DNA of 64,000 bases. Origin: Firmicutes bacterium UBA5509. Its GTDB lineage: Bacteria; Bacillota; Proteinivoracia; UBA4975. Location of the stretch: contig DIOR01000027.1 of the NCBI GenBank assembly GCA_002423965.1, positions 117,958 to 181,957 on the forward strand, written 5' to 3'. Below the pieces are notes generated by a model, which was given only the letters and a program-made list of their open reading frames with translations, had not been told where the DNA came from and made no database searches. Positions 1-8,386 of the stretch are shown here, piece by piece (the first letter of the stretch is position 1; each line of letters opens with the position of its first letter). The position numbers were made by a program, and so were the translations under genes.

Positions 1-374
1 ATTCCCAACGGGGCACTACCGTCATCCTCACCACCCATGATATGCAAGATATCGAGGCCCTGACAGAGCGCATACTCCTAATAGGCAAGGGGAGAATCCT
101 CATGGATGGAAGTCTGGAAGAATTAAAAAAACGCTCCTCCCAGCGTAAGACCATAATCTTTGAATATATGGGACCGGAGCCTACCCTAAGTACAGGCATG
201 ACATCTGTGGAAGTCAGGCCTGGGAGATTAGTGGTGGCCCTGGAACCAGACAGCTGCTCGGTGTCGGCAGCCATTGCCCACATCTCCAAACAGGTAGAGG
301 TAAAGGATATCTCCGTTTCTGGCATCAGTTCCGAAGAAATGGTGGCAGGCTTGTATAGGGAGTATGACATATGA
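1..374 (+). CDS. ABC transporter ATP-binding protein, C-terminal part (5' partial at window edge)
   Basis: The reading frame is open from the window start and the 42..374 ORF is its in-frame tail. The sequence ...GTTVILTTHDMQDIEALTERILLIGKGRIL is the H-loop / C-terminal region of an ABC ATPase. Its stop overlaps the start of the next gene (371, ATGA). Confidence 0.75.
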   Translation, partial: SQRGTTVILTTHDMQDIEALTERILLIGKGRILMDGSLEELKKRSSQRKTIIFEYMGPEPTLSTGMTSVEVRPGRLVVALEPDSCSVSAAIAHISKQVEVKDISVSGISSEEMVAGLYREYDI

Positions 375-1174
375 AAACATACTTGGCTATCTTCCGCATC
401 CGCTTTATCAACAGCCTCCAATACCGAGCGGCAGCCGTGGGGGGCATGGCAACCCAATTTGCTTGGGGCTTTATGGAGATCCTAGCCTTCGCCGCCTTTT
501 ACAAGACTAATCCTGCCGCCTTCCCCATGGAATTTTCCCATACCGTTTCCTACATCTGGATGCAGCAGGCCTTTCTCGCCCTGTTTATGGTCTGGTTCTT
601 TGAAGCAGAAATCTTCAACTCCATTAGCAGCGGCGGCATTGCCTATGAACTGGCCCGTCCCGTTGAACTGTATGGGCGCTGGTTTAGTCAAACCATTGCC
701 AATCGGGTAGCCAAGACTGCCCTTCGCTGCCTGCCAATATTACTTATCGCCTTGCTGGTGCCGGAACCCTATAGAATGTCCCTGCCACCCAATGCCAGCC
801 AATTCTTTTTGTTCTTGGTCTCGGTCGTATTGAGCCTAGGCGTTGTCGCCTCCTTTTCCATGCTCATATATATAACTACCTTTTATACCCTCTCGGCAAC
901 GGGGGTGCGCATAATCGCGGCGGCATTGGCAGACTTCATGGCGGGCTCGATTATTCCCTTGCCCTTTTTCCCCCAACCCTTCCGAGCCATTGCCCAGGTG
1001 CTGCCCTTCGCCTCCATGCAAAACATGCCGCTGCGCATTTACAGCGGCAACATTGCCGGCGACGCCGCCCTGTGGGGAATTGGGCTGCAAATATTCTGGT
1101 TAATCGTCTTAGGCCTTTTTGGCAGAGTGCTGATGAAAAACGCCCTAGGTAAAGTCGTAGTGCAGGGGGGATAG
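371..1174 (+). CDS. ABC-2 family transporter permease
   Basis: 267-aa polytopic membrane protein of ABC-2 permease type, translationally coupled to the upstream ABC ATPase. Confidence 0.6.
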   Translation: MKTYLAIFRIRFINSLQYRAAAVGGMATQFAWGFMEILAFAAFYKTNPAAFPMEFSHTVSYIWMQQAFLALFMVWFFEAEIFNSISSGGIAYELARPVELYGRWFSQTIANRVAKTALRCLPILLIALLVPEPYRMSLPPNASQFFLFLVSVVLSLGVVASFSMLIYITTFYTLSATGVRIIAAALADFMAGSIIPLPFFPQPFRAIAQVLPFASMQNMPLRIYSGNIAGDAALWGIGLQIFWLIVLGLFGRVLMKNALGKVVVQGG

Positions 1175-1175
1175 C

Positions 1176-1952
1176 ATGAGATTATACTTGAAGTTTGTTG
1201 TTATGCATTTGCAGAGCCAGATGCAGTACAAGGTCTCCTTCTTTCTCATGACCCTGGGACAATTCTTGGTATCTTTCACTGCGCTATTGGGAGTCTGGTT
1301 TATGTTTACCAGGTTCAATGAAGTGGAAGGCTTTAGCTTTCAAGAGGTACTACTATGTCTTGCCACGATGCTCATGGCCTTCTCCTTAGCTGAGTTATTT
1401 GGTCGGGGCTTTGATCACTTCCCTAGGATTATCAGTAATGGTGAGTTGGACAGGATGCTGGTGCGGCCGCGACCCTTGGTGCCCCAGGTCTTGGTATCCC
1501 TAATAGAATTTTCCCGTCTCGGCCGCTTAGTCCAGGCAGTATTGGTCTTTTGCTACGTCATCCCCGCCAGCAACATCCATTGGACCTATGATAAGGTCAT
1601 CACCCTTTGCCTGATGGTCATCTGCGGGAGCATAGTCTTTTTCTGCCTGTTTCTCATTTACGCCGCCTTTTCCTTCTTCACCATTGAAGGCCTGGAGTTC
1701 ATGAACATCTTCACCGATGGCGGCCGCGAGTTCGGGCGCTATCCCTATTCGATATACGGCAGAGATGTGCTGCGCTTCTTTACCTACATCATTCCCCTGG
1801 CCCTGTTTCAGTACTACCCCCTGCTATACCTTCTGGGCCGGGAAACCAGTATTTTCTTCATGTTGATGCCGCTCCTTGCCCTGCCCTTCGCCATCCCCGC
1901 CTTCGCCTTTTGGCGCTATGGCCTCAGCAAGTACAAATCCACCGGCTCATAA
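1176..1952 (+). CDS. ABC-2 family transporter permease (second membrane subunit)
   Basis: 258-aa polytopic membrane protein that starts 2 nt after the previous permease gene ends. Confidence 0.6.
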   Translation: MRLYLKFVVMHLQSQMQYKVSFFLMTLGQFLVSFTALLGVWFMFTRFNEVEGFSFQEVLLCLATMLMAFSLAELFGRGFDHFPRIISNGELDRMLVRPRPLVPQVLVSLIEFSRLGRLVQAVLVFCYVIPASNIHWTYDKVITLCLMVICGSIVFFCLFLIYAAFSFFTIEGLEFMNIFTDGGREFGRYPYSIYGRDVLRFFTYIIPLALFQYYPLLYLLGRETSIFFMLMPLLALPFAIPAFAFWRYGLSKYKSTGS

Positions 1953-1961
1953 TCAGCCATA

Positions 1962-1996
1962 AAATGCCGTCCAAGAAATAGGACGGCATTTACAAT
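1962..1996. terminator. bidirectional rho-independent terminator between convergent genes
   Basis: Perfect 10-bp stem AATGCCGTCC / GGACGGCATT with an 8-nt loop. A T-run (TTTTAT) follows on the minus strand and TTTACAAT follows on the plus strand. Confidence 0.55.
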
Positions 1997-2051
1997 ACAT
2001 ACTGCTTTGATAATTGAGTCTCCTAGTCTTTCAAACGACGGTGGAAAGTCC

Positions 2052-4610
2052 CTATTTACTGGGGGCAAAGACTGCTGTCAGCGAAACATTACCCGTAAGG
2101 TCCAGTATCTGGGTAGCATTATCCGAAGTGACTGATCCCTGCCAACCTAAAAAGGTATAGCCTTCCTCTGGAACCGCTTCAAGGGTTACGGGAACTCCCA
2201 TGAAGTACACGCCTTTCCAGGGCCCTTCTTCACCGGTAATGGTCAGGCTATTGACCTTGACTGTACCACCGCCATCCACTTTGATGGTTAGATCAGCTTG
2301 TCCCTTAAGTTTAAATTCACTGATGATATGCTGTCGCACATGGCGGGGCCGGGCGTCAACCCAGTTCCGCACTTTAGTCATATTGGTTTCCCACTGTCCC
2401 ACAGAGCTAATATAGGGCCAGCGCCCAAGGTGCTCTTTCATCTCCGGCTGGTAGACGGCAGACATTTCATCAATCTTCTTATTTACCCGCTGGGGAGCAA
2501 AGGTATGATTGAGGTGGTCGGCAAAGCGATTGATAAATCCGTTGCGAAATTCTTGGTTTTTTAGGAGATTGCTAAGGAGGACCGACCCCCAACTTCCGTC
2601 ATGGGCTACCCGTGACAGGGAATTAAAAGTGGGTTCTTCGACGAGTCCCAAGCCATAATCAAGATCATAGAGGAGCCAACGCCAGCGCCCATCATGGCCA
2701 GGCCTGTCGCTGAGATCCTCTGGCGGGGCCTCCACTCGCCAGTACCTTATATTATTAAAGGGCCAGTCGGTATTAGTTGACCAGATTTCTGTTGCCATGT
2801 AGTCGATATAATTGTCCGTATCCATCAGGGTTTGAACATACCGGTAATTTTTTTCATTTGCCATGGAATTGTTGCGCACATAGTCAACCATGTCCTTGTA
2901 GTGGCGAGAGCCTCCAGCCACCCCCTGAACTTTGACGGCATTTCCCTCCAGGATTACCACCTGTTCTTTATTAACCCCATATTTGGACTGTAGGTAATCT
3001 TCGTCGAACCGCTCCCGCATATTATGGATTCCCCAGTATTCGCCGTTGAGAAATACAACTGCCGGGCGCCATGCCTGGGTATCTAAATCGGTTTCTTCCT
3101 TAACAAGTTGGTGGACCAAGGCATCCCGCATAAAGGTCCGCCGCATATCGTTGCCGCCATTGCGCAACAAAAACTTATCGAAGTCAACACCATAATTGTA
3201 ATGACCGGGGAATATGTCATAGGTGAATTTATTGGGACCCAACTCCTCCCGGGCATAAATCCTAAGGGTCTTCTGTGGCCAGGCCCGGGTAATGCCGCCG
3301 TGAATCCTGACGCCAACTCCTTGTGAAAAGCCAAATTCTCCATCGGCTTCGAAAAATTCTAGATTGGCTTTCCGTTCCCAGCTTTCTCCTTTACCCCAGT
3401 AGTTCCCGGTATGATCATTGTTTTCTTCATACTGATTACCAGGCACGTAAATCCCCGTTTTATCACTAAAGAACCCGGCGGGGTTTGTGGTCAAAGAGAT
3501 GACTGGCAGTGAATAGCGGGTATTCATATTCGGGTCGACAAAATAAGTATGAGTTTCAATATCACCCCAGGGCTTGTTATCAATAAATACCCGGGCGCGA
3601 ACGGTGGTTGCCTTGAACACTTCTCCCCGGGGAGGCCCAGGCCAATTGCGGAAGGTTGTCCTGAGCTTTGAATGCTTATTGGGGTCCCCCTTGCGGCTGT
3701 CAATGGTCAATGGGCCTGTATATTTAAAGGAGTTTTCCCGATTATGTACCAGGTCGGGCTCAGAGCCATCCAGGGTATACCAGATTTCTCCCTTTGGCCG
3801 GTAGGTAGTGAGCTTGAGCTTAAAGGGGCTGGTATAAAACCCGCCCAAGACTGAAAAGTCCGGGTCGCTAAGGGCAAAGGCAATGTCCAGGTCCGCCACC
3901 TTTTGCAGGATATAGCGAAGGGGGCGGAAATTGTTTATCGGGTTGCCTTCAAGATACAGGCGCGTGGTCAGACTGGTTAGTTCGGCCAAGGCACCTACGT
4001 CTTTTACCAGGTTATTGCGCAGGTTGAGATCTTGTAGCCGGGAAAGGTTGGCCAGCACACTGATATCCGAGATTACATTATCCCTGATGTTAAGCTCCTG
4101 AAGGTTGGTTAGCCCTGCCAGCGAGGAGATATCCTCAATACCGTTTCCCCGCAGGTTCAAATCCACCAAGGCAGTGAGCTCCGCCAGGGGAGAAATATCA
4201 ACAGCACAATTGTCCCTGAGGTCAAGAACCTGCAACCTGGAGAGGGCCGCCAAGGGGTTAAGGTCGCTGACTTCATTGCCTCTGAGGGTGAGGGTTTCCA
4301 GATTTTTCAGCCTTGACAAAGGACTGATATCTGACAGCTTATTTTGCTCAAGGCGCAATGTCTGCAAGTTGGTGATGGCCTGGATTCCTTCAAGGCTGGA
4401 TATTTCCTTTTCCCGGGCGTCCAGTTCAGTAATCCCCAAAACATCAGCGGCCCTCAGCTCCCCCTCGGGACGATTGATGGCTTGGCGAATAGCCCGCTCC
4501 AGGTTGGCGTCACGAATAAGCATCTGACCATCACTGGGTTCGCAAGCAGCGCCGCCAATAGCTAAGATTACAGCAAGTAGCATGGATACGCACACTGATA
4601 ACCTTCTCAT
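2052..4610 (-). CDS. secreted leucine-rich-repeat (internalin-like) CotH-kinase-family protein with C-terminal InlB-B-repeat-like domain
   Basis: Signal peptide MRRLSVCVSMLLAVILAIGGAAC. About 9 LRRs of 22 aa (LxxLxxLxLxxNxIxDIxxLxx). A central and C-terminal CotH-family region (YIDYMATEIWSTNTDWPFNNIRYW, DFDKFLLRNGGND). A C-terminal GYTFLGW-type Listeria-Bacteroides repeat. Confidence 0.75.
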   Translation of the reverse strand: MRRLSVCVSMLLAVILAIGGAACEPSDGQMLIRDANLERAIRQAINRPEGELRAADVLGITELDAREKEISSLEGIQAITNLQTLRLEQNKLSDISPLSRLKNLETLTLRGNEVSDLNPLAALSRLQVLDLRDNCAVDISPLAELTALVDLNLRGNGIEDISSLAGLTNLQELNIRDNVISDISVLANLSRLQDLNLRNNLVKDVGALAELTSLTTRLYLEGNPINNFRPLRYILQKVADLDIAFALSDPDFSVLGGFYTSPFKLKLTTYRPKGEIWYTLDGSEPDLVHNRENSFKYTGPLTIDSRKGDPNKHSKLRTTFRNWPGPPRGEVFKATTVRARVFIDNKPWGDIETHTYFVDPNMNTRYSLPVISLTTNPAGFFSDKTGIYVPGNQYEENNDHTGNYWGKGESWERKANLEFFEADGEFGFSQGVGVRIHGGITRAWPQKTLRIYAREELGPNKFTYDIFPGHYNYGVDFDKFLLRNGGNDMRRTFMRDALVHQLVKEETDLDTQAWRPAVVFLNGEYWGIHNMRERFDEDYLQSKYGVNKEQVVILEGNAVKVQGVAGGSRHYKDMVDYVRNNSMANEKNYRYVQTLMDTDNYIDYMATEIWSTNTDWPFNNIRYWRVEAPPEDLSDRPGHDGRWRWLLYDLDYGLGLVEEPTFNSLSRVAHDGSWGSVLLSNLLKNQEFRNGFINRFADHLNHTFAPQRVNKKIDEMSAVYQPEMKEHLGRWPYISSVGQWETNMTKVRNWVDARPRHVRQHIISEFKLKGQADLTIKVDGGGTVKVNSLTITGEEGPWKGVYFMGVPVTLEAVPEEGYTFLGWQGSVTSDNATQILDLTGNVSLTAVFAPSK

Positions 4611-4863
4611 AATTCCCCTCCCAGAATAAAAAATCTCGCATTATATTTTCCCGGGGGTAGGTAAAAGTTTTTCTGTAATAATGCAGTACAAAACGTACCA
4701 GCCTGTATAGATAATTTGGCCCTTTACCCCCATAAACAGCCAAGCTCCTTTGGATATATCTGGCAAGTTCATATTAGCACAATCTCTCAGGAAAAACATT
4801 ACCCGGAGGGAGAAAATACAAAAAAATAAGGGGCAGTTCCATTTGGGAGCTGCCCTTCTACAT

Positions 4864-6024
4864 TTAACAGATACTTCGAGCCCCGAAGGAAGCGAGAGAA
4901 CCGTCCCCGTGATTTCTCCCCGTGATTTCGACGTTGGCGCGGGGGACGGTTACCTGCCTGCCCCCTTCTAGCTCTACTTCCACTACCCGCACCCTGGCCT
5001 CGCTTTCAATCTTTTGTAGCTCCACTGGAAGGGCAATGACTTTTCCCAGCTTGCCAAACCAGGGATTGCGTACTAGCCTGACCCTGCCCCCAATCTCTAG
5101 GCCCTTTGCTGCAGTTTCTTGTGTCAACCCCTTCCCCGTGCTGGGTACAACTATTTCCGGGCTCAGCACCCCCGCCCCTAATTGGGTACTGCCGTTAATT
5201 GAAGCCTCCAAACCTTCCAGGGTTTTGAGCAGGGCAAAGGTCTTTTGGGCCATGGGTATTTGGCCAAAGCCCTCGGTAATAACCAGTGACAAGGAGATAT
5301 CTTCATGGCCGGTGCTAGCCACCCGGATTTCGTAGCCCAGGTAATTACATAGGTCCTTGTGATGGATGCAGCCGCAGATAATGCCCCGGACCCCAACCTT
5401 TTCCGCCCTCCGCAGGGCGGCGGCGGTTACCAAGGATCCCCCCACCAGAATACAGCCTCGGTGTCCATCAGTTATCTGGCGTGGCGTAAGAACCTCTCCG
5501 GGCCCATTCGCTGCCATGACCAATTTTCCGCTACCCTCTCCACCGATACCAAATATCCCCTGAATGAAGGCGGCGGTGGTCTCCACTTCCACTCCCTCCT
5601 CAGGTAGGACCTTGGTCACTGTTCCGGCTAGATATGCTTTTACTGCTACTGGTACCTCCGGCTCCCGAATAACCACTTGTCCTGTGACATCAGAAATATG
5701 TTCCACTACTCCGGTAGCTGGGGACTGGCACTGGCCCCTAATAAGGCCAAAGAAAGCTGTGTGACGAGCCATTACTTCCCCAGCCTGCACCCTGTCGCCA
5801 ACCTTTTTCACCATGGCCTTGGACAGCTCCCCGGGTTCAATGTTCATGATTTTGGCTGCCGCCACCATGTGGGTCCGCCCCGGGACAAGGGTCTCAGCTA
5901 CAACTGTGCTTGGCTCAACTTTTTGCCCGGTTACTACATGTACTGTTCCCTTTAAAGGTAGACGCCGGACTTTTCTGACTGTAGTCAAGGGGCTTACTGT
6001 CCAAGATAAATATGCTTCACTCAT
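4864..6024 (-). CDS. hypothetical protein, partner of the MutL-like ATPase; KOW-like C-terminal barrel motif
   Basis: 386-aa ORF whose start overlaps the stop of the upstream gene (ATGA at 6021-6024). The C-terminus GRVRLVRNPWFGKLGKVIAL resembles a KOW motif. No family recognised from sequence alone. Confidence 0.5.
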   Translation of the reverse strand: MSEAYLSWTVSPLTTVRKVRRLPLKGTVHVVTGQKVEPSTVVAETLVPGRTHMVAAAKIMNIEPGELSKAMVKKVGDRVQAGEVMARHTAFFGLIRGQCQSPATGVVEHISDVTGQVVIREPEVPVAVKAYLAGTVTKVLPEEGVEVETTAAFIQGIFGIGGEGSGKLVMAANGPGEVLTPRQITDGHRGCILVGGSLVTAAALRRAEKVGVRGIICGCIHHKDLCNYLGYEIRVASTGHEDISLSLVITEGFGQIPMAQKTFALLKTLEGLEASINGSTQLGAGVLSPEIVVPSTGKGLTQETAAKGLEIGGRVRLVRNPWFGKLGKVIALPVELQKIESEARVRVVEVELEGGRQVTVPRANVEITGRNHGDGSLASFGARSIC

Positions 6025-7430
6025 AGAGCTCCCTCCACATGCATTGGGTACATGCCCACCTGCTTATACCACCTAAGGAGTTGGCGCACCCGGTCTTGTT
6101 CCTTCTCTGCCAACAGTAGCGGGCGTCCCCTGCAGTCCAGGAAAAGCCCGCACACCCCACCGGTAACTTCCCGGCGCAGGGTCCTATCCCTGCCAGCGCC
6201 AATATCTGCCGCCAGATGAGGGTGAAGATCTAGCTGAAAGGGCCCCTGGCCGTCAATTAGCTGGATATCCCCCCAGGAGATATCTACCTCCTCGCTCCCC
6301 CCCGGCCAGTCTACCTTCCCCCACATACATTTCTCGCCGAACTTTCCCCTACCTTTTGGGGCTAGGACCGTACCCAGATGGGCCAGGCAATCCCTTTCAA
6401 GAACCTGGGTAGCCCCCTGGGGATGGATGTCTAACAATGCTCCCAATTGAGGCATCATGAACATGCTGTCCACCGCCAGATGGGTTACTCCTTGAGGCTG
6501 GAAGCCGTCAATAAGCATCATTGCACTCTGAACCCGCCGTGGAGCGTGGGAAAGTGTGCCACCACTACCTACAAGTAGCTCAAGCTCCATCATATCCAAG
6601 CCCTCTTGGCCACCACTTTGTTGAAAAGCTTTACCGAAGGTACGACACCTTGCCCCCCCTAACCCCACTGCAGTCCTATGATGAGCTAGGGCCAGGCCCA
6701 GAGCCTCCCGGGCAATAGCCTGTTCGATTAGGAGGTCTTCAAGGGTGTGGGGAATAGTAGTGGGCCGAACCATCTTGTTGTAGATACGGTTCTTTAACTC
6801 TGCAGCCCCGATACTAAAGGGCAGCCAGCGCAGGATATTATCTATCCCCGTTTCCACCAACAGGTTGCAGACGCTGGTGCCCATCCCCACATTGGCACTG
6901 ATGCCATGAGACCCCTGGTCAAAGACGGAAAAGATATCCGTGGTCGCTCCCCCAAGATCCACGCCGATGATATTGATGTCTTGCTCCCTGGAAAGGATCT
7001 GGATTATCTTACCCACCGCCGTTGGGGTAGGCATAATTGGAGCGTGGGTCCAAGGAAGTAGATCCATAAATTCAGGGGTAGTAGCCATGACATGCCCCCT
7101 GAAAAGCTCATCAATCTCTTCTCGGTGGGGTTCTTCTCTCTCCAACACGCCGACACTACAGGTTGCTAAGAATAAATCCGTCCCTCGGCGGCCCTGGGCA
7201 GGGGTAATGATGCCTTGGGAATCTAATAATTCGCTCCCCGCCAATTCTTCAACTTCATTAATGGCGTTTCTTATCCCCATGGACACATCCTCCAAGGGAA
7301 TTCCCACCGTTGTGGGGGCCTCGCCTCTTGCCTGCAGACGATATTCCTCACCTATTCCCTCAATCAATATTGCCTTAGTGGTGGTACTGCCGCAATCTAC
7401 AATTAAAATGACATCTACTCCTTTAGACAT
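6021..7430 (-). CDS. MutL/GlmL-like ASKHA-fold ATPase (glutamate-mutase-accessory / hydantoinase-A-like family)
   Basis: The N-terminal VDCGSTTTKAILIE and internal GVDLGGATTDIFSV are the two phosphate-binding motifs of ASKHA ATPases. Their spacing matches MutL (PF13941-like) proteins of about 460 aa. Confidence 0.6.
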   Translation of the reverse strand: MSKGVDVILIVDCGSTTTKAILIEGIGEEYRLQARGEAPTTVGIPLEDVSMGIRNAINEVEELAGSELLDSQGIITPAQGRRGTDLFLATCSVGVLEREEPHREEIDELFRGHVMATTPEFMDLLPWTHAPIMPTPTAVGKIIQILSREQDINIIGVDLGGATTDIFSVFDQGSHGISANVGMGTSVCNLLVETGIDNILRWLPFSIGAAELKNRIYNKMVRPTTIPHTLEDLLIEQAIAREALGLALAHHRTAVGLGGARCRTFGKAFQQSGGQEGLDMMELELLVGSGGTLSHAPRRVQSAMMLIDGFQPQGVTHLAVDSMFMMPQLGALLDIHPQGATQVLERDCLAHLGTVLAPKGRGKFGEKCMWGKVDWPGGSEEVDISWGDIQLIDGQGPFQLDLHPHLAADIGAGRDRTLRREVTGGVCGLFLDCRGRPLLLAEKEQDRVRQLLRWYKQVGMYPMHVEGAL

Positions 7431-7609
7431 CTATTGACACCTCGCTATTTGCATTTCGTTCCTCCATGGAACCCCTGGGGGCTTAATGCTAAAATATATT
7501 TGCCATCCCTGGAAAACATTCCGATTCCGGCATATACCCTTAAGGGTTTCGTCCTCTTGTTGCTTATGATATATTGCATATGAACGGATAAGTATAGGAG
7601 GTAGATGTT

Positions 7610-8386
7610 GTGGAAAACATTCTTATTAAAACAGAGAACCTTACCAAGCGTTTCGGAAGCGTTGCCGCTGTCAACCAGCTTAACCTGGAGGTAAAGGCAG
7701 GAGAGATCTTTGGGTTCCTTGGCCCCAACGGTTCCGGCAAGACCACAACGATAAAAATGCTTACAGGCTTACTTGAACCCTCTGAAGGACATGCCTTCGT
7801 CTGCGGCTATGACATTATCAAAGAGCCGGCCCAAGCCAAGGCTCTTCTGGCCTACGTCCCCGATCAGCCTAAACTTTACGGTAAGTTGACCGCCCGAGAA
7901 TTTCTATCCCTTATTGCTGACCTCTACCGCATTCCTAAGGATATCTCCCGCCCCCGAACCCAACAGCTGCTGGAAATGTTCAGCCTAGATGAGCGGGCAG
8001 ATGAACTCCTGGAAGGATATTCCCATGGCATGCGTCAAAAAGTAGTCTTAGCTGCAGCCTTAATTCATCAGCCCCGTGTCCTCCTGATGGATGAGCCTAC
8101 TGTTGGGCTGGACCCCGCCAGTGCCCGCCTTCTCAAAGACATATTGGTTGAGCTGGCTGCCCAGGGAGCAACTATCTTTGTCTCCACCCACATTCTTGAA
8201 ATTGCTGAACACCTGTGCCACCGGGTAGGGATCCTTCAGGAGGGGCGGATCATCACCCAGGGCAGCCCTGAAGAACTGCGGGCCCTGGCAGGCAAGGGGC
8301 AAAGCCTTGAAGATATCTTCCTTGATCTCACAGGAAGTGCTGAGCATAAAGAATTGATCCAAAGCCTGGAGGGGAATGAAAAATGA
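7610..8386 (+). CDS. ABC transporter ATP-binding protein
   Basis: Walker A GPNGSGKTT, signature YSHGMRQKVVLAAAL and Walker B LLMDEPT. GTG start 7 nt after AGGAGGT. Confidence 0.9.
   Translation: MENILIKTENLTKRFGSVAAVNQLNLEVKAGEIFGFLGPNGSGKTTTIKMLTGLLEPSEGHAFVCGYDIIKEPAQAKALLAYVPDQPKLYGKLTAREFLSLIADLYRIPKDISRPRTQQLLEMFSLDERADELLEGYSHGMRQKVVLAAALIHQPRVLLMDEPTVGLDPASARLLKDILVELAAQGATIFVSTHILEIAEHLCHRVGILQEGRIITQGSPEELRALAGKGQSLEDIFLDLTGSAEHKELIQSLEGNEK

Noticed and set aside
2200-4565. Multiple 60-140-aa plus-strand ORFs inside the LRR-CotH gene (2200..2415, 2298..2564, 3108..3326, 3574..3804, 4105..4527 and others)
   Set aside because: They are all antisense to a long, well-supported CDS, lack RBSs and have low-complexity translations. 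They are typical shadow ORFs.
4922-7437. Plus-strand ORFs 4922..5335, 5359..5607, 5677..5955, 5813..6076, 6940..7437
   Set aside because: They are antisense shadows of the MutL-like and partner genes. Pro/Ser/Thr-rich translations suggest non-coding frames of moderately GC-rich DNA.
7431-7609. Quasi-palindrome TATGATATATTGCATA upstream of the ABC ATPase gene as a regulator site
   Set aside because: It is only 12 of 16 symmetric, AT-rich, and overlaps a likely -10 region. It cannot be distinguished from a promoter element by eye.
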